Source: an uncultured Candidatus Saccharibacteria bacterium
GTDB lineage: Bacteria > Patescibacteriota > Minisyncoccia > Phycocordibacterales > UBA12445
DNA length: 55,633 nucleotides
Assembly (NCBI GenBank): GCA_964649715.1
Contig: CAZYTH010000008.1
Coordinates: 1 to 55,633, forward strand
Direction: 5' to 3'
Shown here: piece after piece, positions 9,233 through 18,675 of the stretch
How the letters are laid out: every line of letters starts with the position of its first letter
Numbering within the stretch: the first letter of the stretch is position 1
Made by a program: the position numbers and the translations under genes
The notes under the pieces: model-generated
The model's database searches: none
Told to the model about the DNA's origin: nothing
The model's input: the letters and a program-made list of their open reading frames with translations, nothing else

Positions 9233-9682
9233 ATGAAAAATAATAAAATATCTTTTTTTGAAAAACTTACAGGAAACACAAGCGCCAGGAAAAAACCCGT
9301 TGAAGTGGAACATGAGGATGAACTAAATAATAGAATAATAGAAGAGCCCCAAGAGGCGGAATTAGCCATAGATATGTATCAAACCCCCACAGAAATAATA
9401 ATAAAAACAATGGTAGCAGGAGTTAAACCAGAAGATTTACAAATAGCAATCACAAGAGAAATGGTAACCATAAAAGGAACAAGGGAGGTTCACAATGATC
9501 TCAGCGACGGGGATTTCTTCGCACAAGAATTGTATTGGGGTTCATTCACAAGAAGCGTTATGTTGCCACAAGAAGTAGACTCAGAAAATGCAGAGGCGGT
9601 AGAGAGACATGGGTTATTGACGATAAAATTACCAAAGATTATAAAGGAAAGATCAAAGACGTTAAAGGTTAAATCAGTATAA
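9233..9682 (+). CDS. Hsp20/alpha-crystallin small heat shock protein
   Basis: AIDMYQT...AGVKPEDL...GSFTRSVMLP...GLLTIKLPK. Confidence 0.92.
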   Translation: MKNNKISFFEKLTGNTSARKKPVEVEHEDELNNRIIEEPQEAELAIDMYQTPTEIIIKTMVAGVKPEDLQIAITREMVTIKGTREVHNDLSDGDFFAQELYWGSFTRSVMLPQEVDSENAEAVERHGLLTIKLPKIIKERSKTLKVKSV

Positions 9683-9687
9683 TTTAG

Positions 9688-9710
9688 AAAAACCCCAAAA
9701 TGGGGTTTTT
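9688..9710. terminator. Bidirectional terminator
   Basis: AAAAACCCCA-AAA-TGGGGTTTTT between convergent genes. Confidence 0.75.
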
Positions 9711-9725
9711 AATTTCAGAGTGGTT

Positions 9726-9914
9726 TTAATAACGCGCAATCATTTCGCCGAATAATTTCGGCCTTTTCACCAAGATAAGACCAAGTATCACTTCTCTCTC
9801 TTCGACCGTTAGAACATCCTCGTGCTCATCGAAAAAAGAGAGAAAATTTGAATCTTTTATCTTAAAATCACCAACTCCTTCCTTCAAAAAACAAAAAATA
9901 TCTTTGTTCGACAT
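9726..9914 (-). CDS. Small hypothetical protein (62 aa)
   Basis: GAGGAGG RBS upstream of ATG; ends at the shared terminator. Confidence 0.6.
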   Translation of the reverse strand: MSNKDIFCFLKEGVGDFKIKDSNFLSFFDEHEDVLTVEEREVILGLILVKRPKLFGEMIARY

Positions 9915-9965
9915 CTTTGTTCCTCCTCATGTTTCAAACAACCAATTTCTAGAAAAAGATAACAT

Positions 9966-9974
9966 TTATACACA
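9966..9974 (+). promoter_or_regulatory. DnaA-box consensus match
   Basis: TTATACACA fits TT(A/T)TNCACA; intergenic. A single 9-mer may occur by chance. Confidence 0.35.
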
Positions 9975-10035
9975 AACCAGTCAACCTGTTGATTTTTATT
10001 CTATTTTTGTTACATTATTATAGACAATAGAAAAT

Positions 10036-10111
10036 GCCGAGGTAGCTCAGTTGGTAGAGCATGTGCCTGAAGAGCATGGGGTCGGCGGTTCGAGCCCGCC
10101 CCTCGGCACCA
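10036..10111 (+). tRNA. tRNA-Phe(GAA)
   Basis: GCCGAGG/CCTCGGC acceptor, CTGAAGA anticodon loop, GGTTCGAGCCC T arm, encoded CCA. Confidence 0.97.
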
Positions 10112-10114
10112 ATT

Positions 10115-10142
10115 AAAAAAGCGGATGTGAGTCCGCTTTTTT
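10115..10142. terminator. Bidirectional terminator
   Basis: AAAAAAGCGGA-TGTGAG-TCCGCTTTTTT. Confidence 0.75.
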
Positions 10143-10172
10143 ATTAACAAAAATTAAAAAGATTCCTATTGT

Positions 10173-10472
10173 CTAAAATTCCAGAGTATTCTTTATTTGT
10201 TCTATCGCATCTTTTGGAATAACCATAGAGTTGTTAACATCGTTAAGACTTCCCTTAACGCTATCTATATTATCAACTATACTATCATACGCACCAATGA
10301 GTGGCTCAAGCATGGGTTGAACATAGTAGTATGCTCCTAATACCGAGCCAATTATTACAAACCAGTATATCCATTGAAAAAATGATGACCACCTTTGACC
10401 ACTTCTCATGCCACGTAATATTTTATTATTCTCTCTTACTATTTTTAAAATTTCTTTTGTATCGTTGTCCAC
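10173..10472 (-). CDS. Hypothetical single-pass membrane protein
   Basis: GTG start, central TM helix (FFQWIYWFVIIGSVLGAYYYV); starts 6 nt after the upstream ORF stop. Confidence 0.7.
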   Translation of the reverse strand: MDNDTKEILKIVRENNKILRGMRSGQRWSSFFQWIYWFVIIGSVLGAYYYVQPMLEPLIGAYDSIVDNIDSVKGSLNDVNNSMVIPKDAIEQIKNTLEF

Positions 10473-10477
10473 GGTTT

Positions 10478-10894
10478 TTATTTATTTTTTTTATTTTCGT
10501 CTATGTATCTATCAAAATTCGCAATCGTTTCCCAATCAGCGTCTATCGGCAATCCCCTTTCAGAAGCAAGCTGTTTCCTTCTTTGATCAATCACTATTTG
10601 ATCTAGGGCAGTGGAATCTATGCCTTCGGGAAGCCCCATCGCCTTCGCAAACAATTTAGTTGCCTCTAAAGAATCTTTTCTTATGTCAAATCTCTTGATA
10701 TATTCTCCGTCTGCATCTCTTGGCAACCCTCTCTCAATAGCGCCTTTTTCTGTTTTTATTTTTTCTTTTGCCATTTGTATTACCTCCCAACTAACATGCG
10801 GAGGTAAACCCAAAGATTCAGCAACATGCTTTCTAAATTCCTCCGACTCTGGGCTTAACTCAATTGCTCTTTCTGAAAAATTTTTTTGATTCAT
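10478..10894 (-). CDS. Hypothetical protein with four GLP-containing repeats
   Basis: SLGLPPHVSWEVI, ERGLPRDADGEYI, AMGLPEGIDSTAL, ERGLPIDADWETI. Confidence 0.75.
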   Translation of the reverse strand: MNQKNFSERAIELSPESEEFRKHVAESLGLPPHVSWEVIQMAKEKIKTEKGAIERGLPRDADGEYIKRFDIRKDSLEATKLFAKAMGLPEGIDSTALDQIVIDQRRKQLASERGLPIDADWETIANFDRYIDENKKNK

Positions 10895-10960
10895 AATTTA
10901 ATTGTATCACATTTATTAACTCATAGACAAAAACCAATACTAAGGTCAACATTTTATTTA

Positions 10961-11032
10961 TGCCCTCACCATGAGTCGAACATGGATTTGCTCGTTAGGA
11001 GTGAGCTGTTCTGTCCATTGAACTATGAGGGC
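10961..11032 (-). tRNA. tRNA-Arg(CCT)
   Basis: GCCCTCA/TGAGGGC acceptor, CTCCTAA anticodon loop, CATG-TTCGACT-CATG T arm. Confidence 0.93.
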
Positions 11033-11072
11033 AAATGTTAATTAGAAAAATAACATAATATTAAAATAAAAT

Positions 11073-11357
11073 CTAGCCCAGGAGAACAGAGAGGTTGTCT
11101 TCAAAATTTGTTTTGTTCCTCTTCCCTTCTCCGCATTTTTCACATTTATGTATCAAAACAAACTTCCCTTTTTCACTTTCAACTCTTATCGGTTTCATTA
11201 AACCGCCACATTTATTCGCTCTGTCGCCAGGATAATTATCCACATGTTTGCCCCAAAGACACATGGGACAATGATTAGTATACCCCGTCCCAGAAACAAA
11301 ATTTCCGCATTTTTCACAAATAAAATCCTCTTTTTTCCTCTTAAATTTTTGCGACAT
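11073..11357 (-). CDS. RNHCP-domain zinc-binding protein
   Basis: FICEKCG...TNHCPMCLWGKHVD..PGDRAN.CGGLM.P...HKCEKCG. Start set at MSQK because the longer ORF runs through a terminator. Confidence 0.85.
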   Translation of the reverse strand: MSQKFKRKKEDFICEKCGNFVSGTGYTNHCPMCLWGKHVDNYPGDRANKCGGLMKPIRVESEKGKFVLIHKCEKCGEGKRNKTNFEDNLSVLLG

Positions 11358-11371
11358 GAGAAAAATATAAC

Positions 11372-11405
11372 AAAAAAATATCCGCACGACTAGTACGTGC
11401 GGATA
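11372..11405 (-). terminator. Intrinsic terminator of the candidate ncRNA
   Basis: TATCCGCACG-ACTAGTA-CGTGCGGATA (perfect 10 bp) with an A7 run on the left, i.e. a U tail on the minus strand. Confidence 0.75.
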
Positions 11406-11423
11406 AAACACAGAAAATATTTG

Positions 11424-11575
11424 CTCCGAGGCAATGGTTTCGTGGCCTGTCAGCCCAGAGTTGAGGTTTTAACACCCCACAGAGACCAACCGCTCCCGCT
11501 TGCATTCACGGGCCAATCAATCTCCTTAACTCCGAATTATACTAATACCAGAACCACAGACTATATTTCCTGAAG
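11424..11575 (-). ncRNA. Structured rod-like ncRNA, 6S RNA-like candidate
   Basis: Nested pairings: 11565-11575 with 11424-11435; 11549-11558 with 11441-11449; 11528-11534 with 11456-11462; 11514-11524 with 11482-11492. AU-rich internal bubble (GUAUUAGUAUAAUU), own terminator, no ORF. Confidence 0.55.
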
Positions 11576-11650
11576 GAAAGAACCCTTCTTCTAAAACTGT
11601 CTAAAAAGAATATATCAGAAACGCACAAATAAACAAGAAACTAATAGACT

Positions 11651-11699
11651 ATTTGTAGATAACAAAATCAAAGCTTACGCTTTGATTTTGTCTACAAAT
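11651..11699 (-). terminator. Long hairpin abutting the tRNA-Gly 3' end
   Basis: ATTTGTAGA..CAAAATCAAAGC-TTAC-GCTTTGATTTTG-TCTACAAAT. Confidence 0.65.
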
Positions 11700-11769
11700 G
11701 CGGGTAGCGAGAATCGAACTCGCGTCTCAACCTTGGGAAGGTCGCATTCTACCACTAAACCATACCCGC
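11699..11769 (-). tRNA. tRNA-Gly(CCC)
   Basis: GCGGGTA/TACCCGC acceptor, CGACC-TTCCCAA-GGTTG anticodon arm, GAGTTCGATTCTC T arm. Confidence 0.97.
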
Positions 11770-11821
11770 ATATTAAACATATTTTATTTTTATTTTAAAA
11801 ACAATCAAAGACTTTTTCTGT

Positions 11822-11873
11822 AGGTCGTGTTCGGACCCTGCCCGTCCTCTGGCGGGACTAAACCATACCCGCA
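11822..11873 (-). pseudogene. Degenerate 5'-half copy of tRNA-Gly interrupted by a 19-bp GC-rich palindrome
   Basis: 17-nt identity 11857-11873 with 11754-11770. AGGTCG..TTC..ACC (11822-11837) aligns to 11739-11753. Insert CTGCCCGTCCTCTGGCGGG at 11838-11856. Confidence 0.65.
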
Positions 11874-11945
11874 ACGATTGACCAATTTACAACAAAATTA
11901 ATCTTATACGATAAATAAAATTATGTCATCCCCTCTCTCGTGTCC

Positions 11946-12341
11946 TCAGAAACTAAGAGTTGCCATCATTTCTTTCCAGATAGAAGACCATACCGATTCT
12001 TTCTCTAAAACAATGGGTATTTCTTTCTTCTCCTCATCCTTATCCACTATTATTAATATTTGTTCACCCTCTTTTGCCACCTGAAATCTCCTTCTAAGTT
12101 CTTCTTCTACACCATCCTGACTCTGGAGTCTGTTTATTTCGTACTGTAAACTATTTTTCTTCTTTTCTAAAACATCAAACTCCTTTTTTATTTTAGCCCT
12201 ATTCTCTTGAGCTAATCTGTCTTTTTTATAAACATTAAAAACGCTCCCCCCCATCCAAAAAAATATTAAAAAAAGGAATAAGGCAAAATACCCTGATTTG
12301 AAAAAACTTTTTATCCTTTTTCTTCCTTGTAAAACAGCCAT
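11946..12341 (-). CDS. Septum formation initiator (FtsB/DivIC family)
   Basis: TM helix, coiled coil, and the GVEEELRRRFQVAKEGEQILIIV signature. Confidence 0.8.
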   Translation of the reverse strand: MAVLQGRKRIKSFFKSGYFALFLFLIFFWMGGSVFNVYKKDRLAQENRAKIKKEFDVLEKKKNSLQYEINRLQSQDGVEEELRRRFQVAKEGEQILIIVDKDEEKKEIPIVLEKESVWSSIWKEMMATLSF

Positions 12342-12473
12342 TTAAGTATTATATTACATAACATGATATTAAAAAAGAATAAAAAAAAGGTAAACAAAAT
12401 CTGGGCAATCATTTGCTTTATGATAATAATAAGCATGATTCTGCTATATATTCCTTCCTTTTTTGTATAAAAA

Positions 12474-14315
12474 CTAATCTTTCCCTTTCATAACTTTCAG
12501 AAAAACATCTGTGGGTATATTAACTGCGCCAAGTTTCTTCATTTTTTTCTTTCCTTTCTTTTGTTTTTCCCGAAGCTTCATTTTTCTTGTGATGTCGCCG
12601 CCGTAAAGATATCCAGCAACATCTTTTTTCATTCCTGATAAAGATCTCGAAGAAACGATTCGCCCGTCAATCCTTGCTTGTATCTTAAAATCAAACATCT
12701 GTCTTGGTAAAAGGTCTTTTAATTTCTCAACGATTTCGTTCGCCTCCTCCTCAATCCTTCTTGTTGAAATTATTTTGGAAAAAGCGCTTATTACCTCATT
12801 GGCAATAATAACATCCATTCTAGTTACGCTTGCCTGCCTATTACCAGCCAACTTATAAGAAAGGGAAGCAAACCCAGAAGAAACGCTCTTCAGTTCATCA
12901 AAAAAATTCCTCATTAGTTCTCTCAGCGGTATCTCAACAGAAAGACTATTCCTGCTATCCCCGAATATCTCAGTATCGCCAACGATAGCCTCGTGGTCAT
13001 ACAAAACCCTCATTATATCTCCCATATACTTAGGAGGCGTAATTATATTAGCAAAAACCCATGGTTCGTAAACCTGATCTATTTTCTCCTTATCTGGAAA
13101 ATTAGCCGCTGAATACATAAACTCCCTTCTTTCTGTTCCCTTACAAACAACCTCATATCCTACTGTTGGAGCTGCAATTATTATATTTATTTTATGTTCC
13201 CTCTTTAGTCTTTCTGTAATTATTTCAAGATGCAACATTCCCAAAAAACCACACTTAAAACCTCGCCCCAAAGAAGCTGATGTTTCTTCTTCAAAGCCAA
13301 GCGAAGAATCAGAAAGCTTTAATTTTTCAAGCGACTGTTTAAGAAGAGTAAAATCATCTTGGCTCTCCGGATAAATCGAAGCCCAAACAACTGGTTTTGG
13401 TTGCATATAACCATCAAGAGCATTCATTGGTCTAAAAAATTCAGTAATAGTATCTCCCACCGTAGCCTTGGTTAAATTTTTTATACCAGTAATAATATAT
13501 CCTATCTCCCCCGACCGAATTATCTCTGAACGCTTTTTTTCTGGCAAGAAAAACCCTACTTCCCCAGCTGTGAATCTTTCTTCTCCTGCAATAAAAAATA
13601 ACTCATCCCCCTTTTTTACAGATCCATCAAATACCCTCATATAGACAATTATCCCTTGGTGGTTTGAATATTCAAAATCAAAAATAAGCGCTCGTAAGCC
13701 ATTTCCTTCTGATAAATTACCACTAGGTGAGGGGACTTTTCTGACTATCTCGTCCAAAAGCTCTTTAACACCCACACCCGTCTTCCCTGAGACCTTAAAG
13801 ATATCCCCTCTTTCACAATTTAATATCTGGATTATTTCATCTTCCACTTCAGAAACATTTGCGGAAATTAAATCAATCTTGTTTATTACCGGAATTATTT
13901 TAACGCCGTACTCTCGCGCTATATTAAGCGTGGATATTGTCTGCGCTTGAACCCCCTGAGTAGCGTCCACAAGCAAAATAGTACCCTCTACGGCTTTTAG
14001 TGCTCTTGAAACTTCATAAGAGAAATCTATGTGTCCGGGCGTATCTATCAAATTCAAAACATAATCACGATTATCATAAAAATGCTTTATTCTAACTGGT
14101 TGCATTTTTATAGTAATCCCCCTCTCTCTCTCTAATTCCATGCTATCCAAAACCTGGTCTTTCATTTTTCTTTTTTCAACAGTATTCGTAATTTCAAGAA
14201 TTCTATCGGCAAGCGTGCTCTTCCCATGATCGATATGTGCTATTATAGAAAAATTTCTTATCCTTTCTAAAGGAAAATTATCTCCCGTATTATTTTCTTC
14301 TTTCTGGTTTTTCAT
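12474..14315 (-). CDS. lepA: Translation elongation factor 4
   Basis: IRNFSIIAHIDHGKSTLADR, LIDTPGHIDF, GFLGMLHLEI, YGGDITRKMKLREKQKKGKKKMK. Confidence 0.98.
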   Translation of the reverse strand: MKNQKEENNTGDNFPLERIRNFSIIAHIDHGKSTLADRILEITNTVEKRKMKDQVLDSMELERERGITIKMQPVRIKHFYDNRDYVLNLIDTPGHIDFSYEVSRALKAVEGTILLVDATQGVQAQTISTLNIAREYGVKIIPVINKIDLISANVSEVEDEIIQILNCERGDIFKVSGKTGVGVKELLDEIVRKVPSPSGNLSEGNGLRALIFDFEYSNHQGIIVYMRVFDGSVKKGDELFFIAGEERFTAGEVGFFLPEKKRSEIIRSGEIGYIITGIKNLTKATVGDTITEFFRPMNALDGYMQPKPVVWASIYPESQDDFTLLKQSLEKLKLSDSSLGFEEETSASLGRGFKCGFLGMLHLEIITERLKREHKINIIIAAPTVGYEVVCKGTERREFMYSAANFPDKEKIDQVYEPWVFANIITPPKYMGDIMRVLYDHEAIVGDTEIFGDSRNSLSVEIPLRELMRNFFDELKSVSSGFASLSYKLAGNRQASVTRMDVIIANEVISAFSKIISTRRIEEEANEIVEKLKDLLPRQMFDFKIQARIDGRIVSSRSLSGMKKDVAGYLYGGDITRKMKLREKQKKGKKKMKKLGAVNIPTDVFLKVMKGKD

Positions 14316-14332
14316 AATTTAGTGATATGTTT

Positions 14333-16027
14333 TTACTTTGTCTGTGATTCGTCTGGTCCAGGTATCATAACGGAAACTCTCCAGAACCTCTTGTGAAGCG
14401 AATCTGATATCTCTAACATCTCTTCATTCTTCAAAAAACTTAAAACAATTATATTCACAAAAATTCCAATCGCTGCTGCAAATAATCCTTGTAAAAATAT
14501 TAAAAACAAAGTGTCCACCTTAAAAAGTCCAGAAAGCCAGACAAGAGCAAAATAAGAAACCAAGCCCATAACAGAAGAAGCCACAATAGAATCAAAAAAT
14601 GTTTTTATAAAACTACGCGAAAAAGACCTAAAATCAAAAAAGAACAAAAGAACAAGAACAAGTAGATTAAATATTGAACCCAGAGAAAAAGCAAGTGGCA
14701 ACATGAGCATTTCTGTGCCAGGCAAACCCTCCACTCTTAGAATATACTCAACAAAAAATTTAAAATTTTGATCTGTTGTGAAGAGAAAACTAAAAAAATA
14801 ACCAGATATAATTATAACTGTGGATGATAAAAGTTTTGACACCACGGGTTTGGCTGTCTTTCCAGTTGCATAATAAACCCTATCAAGTAATTGAATTAGA
14901 TTTTGAGCGATAACTGATATTGAAAAAACAGCCAACGCAGCAATAGTCAATCTGGTATTTTCCCAGTTAAATTTTCCCGTTCCAAGTATGGTTCTAACAA
15001 TCTGTGCTCTTAAAACTATAAAAAGGACGGTTACTGGTATAGACCAAAAAACAATATGTTTAAAAGCTTTTTCTACAAATCTCACAAATTCAGAAATATT
15101 ATTTCGAGAAAATATTCTGCTCATTTCTGGAAGTGCGGCCACACCATAACTTACCCCAATTATAGCAAGCGGAACTGATTGCAAATTATAAGAAAAATTA
15201 AAAACAGAGACAGAACCATCCTTCATAAAAGAACCCTGCGCAACAAGAAACATAAGAGCGAGCTGGTTTACTCCCAAAGCCATAGTTCTTGGTAAAGAGA
15301 GAGAAGCAACTTTGTATATTTCACTTTTGTTTATGTTAGCGACTAATTTTGGCAACATACCCATTTGATATACAGTTGGTATCTGTATGACTAGATGCAT
15401 CAAGGCACCGAAAATAACTCCGTAAGCCAATCCATGCAAGCCAAAAATAGGATAAAAAAATACTATTCCTAATATTATACCAAAATTATAAAATATTGGA
15501 CTTAGAGCATAAACAAAAAATCTTTTAAACGACTGCGTTACACTTCCAAGTAAATTAGATAGGCCAAGCAAAAAAGGAGATAGCATCAATATTCTACTCA
15601 TATCAATAACGATTCTCCTCGCTTCTTCTCCAAATCCAGGAACAAGCACGTCCACAAGAAAAGGCATCAAAAATACAATAATTGCACTAATCACTGCCAT
15701 TATTAAAGAAAAAACAGTTAATATTTCGCTAAGAAATCTTACAGCTTTTTCTGTTTTGTTATCACTACTTTCTATTTTAGATATTATTATCGGTATTAAG
15801 ACGGTTACCGCTAAAAAAGAGCCGATGGAAACAAAAACAAGATCTGGTATCCTAAAAGAAGAATAATAAATATCCAATTCTCTACCAGCACCAAAATTAC
15901 CGGCCAACAATCTATCTCTCAAGAGAGCTAAAATCTGAGAGCCAAAAGAAGACAGACCAAGAAGAAAAGCGGCCTCATGGAGGCCGCTAATCTCTATATT
16001 AAGAATTCTTAATATTCTTTTGACCAT
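14333..16027 (-). CDS. murJ: Lipid II flippase MurJ (MviN)
   Basis: LALLRDRLLA..FGAG..LDIY..SFRIPDL; SPIFYNFGII; about 14 TM segments. Confidence 0.93.
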   Translation of the reverse strand: MVKRILRILNIEISGLHEAAFLLGLSSFGSQILALLRDRLLAGNFGAGRELDIYYSSFRIPDLVFVSIGSFLAVTVLIPIIISKIESSDNKTEKAVRFLSEILTVFSLIMAVISAIIVFLMPFLVDVLVPGFGEEARRIVIDMSRILMLSPFLLGLSNLLGSVTQSFKRFFVYALSPIFYNFGIILGIVFFYPIFGLHGLAYGVIFGALMHLVIQIPTVYQMGMLPKLVANINKSEIYKVASLSLPRTMALGVNQLALMFLVAQGSFMKDGSVSVFNFSYNLQSVPLAIIGVSYGVAALPEMSRIFSRNNISEFVRFVEKAFKHIVFWSIPVTVLFIVLRAQIVRTILGTGKFNWENTRLTIAALAVFSISVIAQNLIQLLDRVYYATGKTAKPVVSKLLSSTVIIISGYFFSFLFTTDQNFKFFVEYILRVEGLPGTEMLMLPLAFSLGSIFNLLVLVLLFFFDFRSFSRSFIKTFFDSIVASSVMGLVSYFALVWLSGLFKVDTLFLIFLQGLFAAAIGIFVNIIVLSFLKNEEMLEISDSLHKRFWRVSVMIPGPDESQTK

Positions 16028-16058
16028 TTACGCGAAATATATTTCTAAGATAAATGCT

Positions 16059-18473
16059 CTATTCACTCAACGGCAAATCATTTCTCTTATCCGGCTCAGC
16101 ACTATTATCATCAAAAGGGTCCCGACCTTGATTGAGGTTCTTTATTATTCCCTTAACCTCAGAATTATCAGGGTTATATTTTTCTATTTCTTTGAATTGA
16201 TTTAAGGCATCACTATTTCTTTTTAGCTTAGCATAAGACAACCCCAAAAAATATCTAGCGTTAGAGTATTGCGGATTTACAACAATCGCTCTCTCAAGTG
16301 GTGAAAGCGAACCTTCATAATCCTTATTTGTGAATTTAAGAAAACCCAATTGGAACAAAACGCCTAAATCATCTGGAGCAAGAAGATATGCTTGCTCTGA
16401 TCTATTTATGGCCTCCTTTAAATTACCTTGGCTTGCCTCAATTTGAGACAAAAGGTACAAGGCGGCTGTAAAATTCCTATTTTTTTCCAAAGAATTAGTC
16501 AAATATTCTTTAGCCCTTGCAACATTATTATTAGCTATTTCCAATCTGGCCATATTTAAAAGTATCATTGGATTGCTGGGATTTAATTCGATTGCCTTTT
16601 TATAGGAATCAACGGCTAATTCGTAAGACCCATCAACAACCTTAAGCGGAACAACAGCTTCTCCCACTCTCCCCAATGACATCCAGTTTAAATAATTTGT
16701 CCGATCAAGCTCTATAGACTTTCTTGCGCTTGCAGATGCTGTTACGATTATATCTTGTAATTTGGCAACCGCCTCCTTATCTTCTATTTTTCCTGCGGAA
16801 ATAAAATTACTCAGTTTAACAATATTTATTTCCGAAAGTGTTCGTTGATAAATATCTTGTTCGTCATAATCTATCGATGACTTTATAAGAGACTCTGCAG
16901 TTTCGATATCTCCAAGTGAACCAAGAACATAAGTACTCTTCTGATATAAATAATTCGCCATAAATTTCTTACCAATATGATATCCACCAGAAATGGTAGA
17001 TATTACAAGCAGAACCAAAACTAAAACAGACGCAAAACCAAGACGCGGATCATTCAAAAATGAAAATTCAAAATTTTTAACAGTTCCAGCCCTAGCAAGA
17101 GAGGCCACAAAAACACCCGTGACCATAAATGTCATACCATACAAGACAGTCTCTGTCACATAAATAATGGAAAACAACCAAAGATAAATAGTCCCAACAA
17201 AAGAAACGAATGTAATGAATTTAAGTGCCTTTGGTGCAGTAGAGTAAAGAACTGTCTTAAACCCATAGTACAAAACAAGACCGACAAAAACAAACCATGC
17301 CAATAATCCAAAAAGACCCATCGTCACAGAGGATGATGGAATTCTTCCTATTCCTGCATTAAAATCTATATTCCAAAAAATTGTATTATTGACAGCTTCA
17401 GGCTTAAACTTAACCCACTGAGAAGAGAAATTATTCGGTCCAGCTCCAAATATAAAATTCTTTGTACCCTCCCTCATTGTCTTCTGAGCGATATCAATAG
17501 TAGCCGAGAGAGAGGGTCTAACATCCATATTGATTATATTTTTCTTCGATAAAAATTCACCGATTTTAACCTGAGAAAAAAACAAAATCGCGCAAACAAC
17601 AATAACAAGCAAAGAGGGCTTTACCAGCTTTGCTCTCGAGTATCCTCCTATTAGCGTGTTTCCGTTAAAAAAGAAAAGGGAGTAGATAAAAACAAGTAGC
17701 GAGATGAATCCGACTGATAAAAATATAGGACTATAGTTCACAACACCAACCATGCCCAGAGACAGTAAAAGAGTTGACCACAATAAGACTTTCGGATATA
17801 GGCCCATCTCCAACAATTCAATTGCAGATAATGAAAGTATTGCGCCCAATCCAAAGAAAATTCCTAAATCGTTCCACTTCCCCACTAAGTTAGAAACTGC
17901 GCCACTTCCAATGATGATACCTCCTCCAGTATAAAGCTGTAAGATTTCTACGACCAAAACAACAATAAGAGAGGCGAGAAGTGCTACATAAAAATAAGAT
18001 AATCTTTTTATAGACTGATAAAATATTGACGAAAGAAACATTAAAACAAAAAGAGCAAAGGTCATTATCAGTGTGTCTGTATCATAGCCAGAGCCGAAAA
18101 TAGATTGATTTACAGATTTTTCTGTGTTTATCAACGCAAGAGAGGAAAAAGAATAAGCAGCAAATAAAAATATCCAACTTTTAAAGACCATCCCTCCCGG
18201 AAAAGATAATTTTCCCTCTTCAAACCTTGAAATCAACCAAAAAATAAGAGACAAAAAAGCAAAACCAAAAACAACAGCTTTTTTACTGAAATCAATAGCA
18301 AAACCAGCAAAAGGGGTGTATATCACAACGGGAAGCAAAAAAACAAGGCCAGTCAAAAACCAAAAAGATATCTTCTCGAAAAAAGATACTTTTAACCTTG
18401 CTGATGATAAATATTCTCTTTCTTCCCCACCATTATTTTCAAATTTAGGCTCTTCTATTTTGTGATTTTCCAT
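16059..18473 (-). CDS. Multi-pass membrane protein with O-antigen-ligase-like region and C-terminal TPR repeats
   Basis: Many TM helices, FGAGPNNF motif, then TPR-like helical repeats (AIELNPSNP, AYLLAPDD, AIVVNPQY). Start uncertain; ORF extends to 18551. Confidence 0.75.
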   Translation of the reverse strand: MENHKIEEPKFENNGGEEREYLSSARLKVSFFEKISFWFLTGLVFLLPVVIYTPFAGFAIDFSKKAVVFGFAFLSLIFWLISRFEEGKLSFPGGMVFKSWIFLFAAYSFSSLALINTEKSVNQSIFGSGYDTDTLIMTFALFVLMFLSSIFYQSIKRLSYFYVALLASLIVVLVVEILQLYTGGGIIIGSGAVSNLVGKWNDLGIFFGLGAILSLSAIELLEMGLYPKVLLWSTLLLSLGMVGVVNYSPIFLSVGFISLLVFIYSLFFFNGNTLIGGYSRAKLVKPSLLVIVVCAILFFSQVKIGEFLSKKNIINMDVRPSLSATIDIAQKTMREGTKNFIFGAGPNNFSSQWVKFKPEAVNNTIFWNIDFNAGIGRIPSSSVTMGLFGLLAWFVFVGLVLYYGFKTVLYSTAPKALKFITFVSFVGTIYLWLFSIIYVTETVLYGMTFMVTGVFVASLARAGTVKNFEFSFLNDPRLGFASVLVLVLLVISTISGGYHIGKKFMANYLYQKSTYVLGSLGDIETAESLIKSSIDYDEQDIYQRTLSEINIVKLSNFISAGKIEDKEAVAKLQDIIVTASASARKSIELDRTNYLNWMSLGRVGEAVVPLKVVDGSYELAVDSYKKAIELNPSNPMILLNMARLEIANNNVARAKEYLTNSLEKNRNFTAALYLLSQIEASQGNLKEAINRSEQAYLLAPDDLGVLFQLGFLKFTNKDYEGSLSPLERAIVVNPQYSNARYFLGLSYAKLKRNSDALNQFKEIEKYNPDNSEVKGIIKNLNQGRDPFDDNSAEPDKRNDLPLSE

Positions 18474-18675
18474 AAATTTATCTCTTTTTGCTTTTAAAAA
18501 CATCCAGTGCAACCAAACACTTGTTCGTCTCTTGGTTGTGTGTATTTCCAAAAACAGTAAAGAGAAATTAACACTCTAAAATTAATAATAAAGTACTCTC
18601 AATGAGTAATTTTAATATTTTAAGAAGATACTTACAAACTAGACACAACACAATAAGGTTTGTATAATAGTCAAA

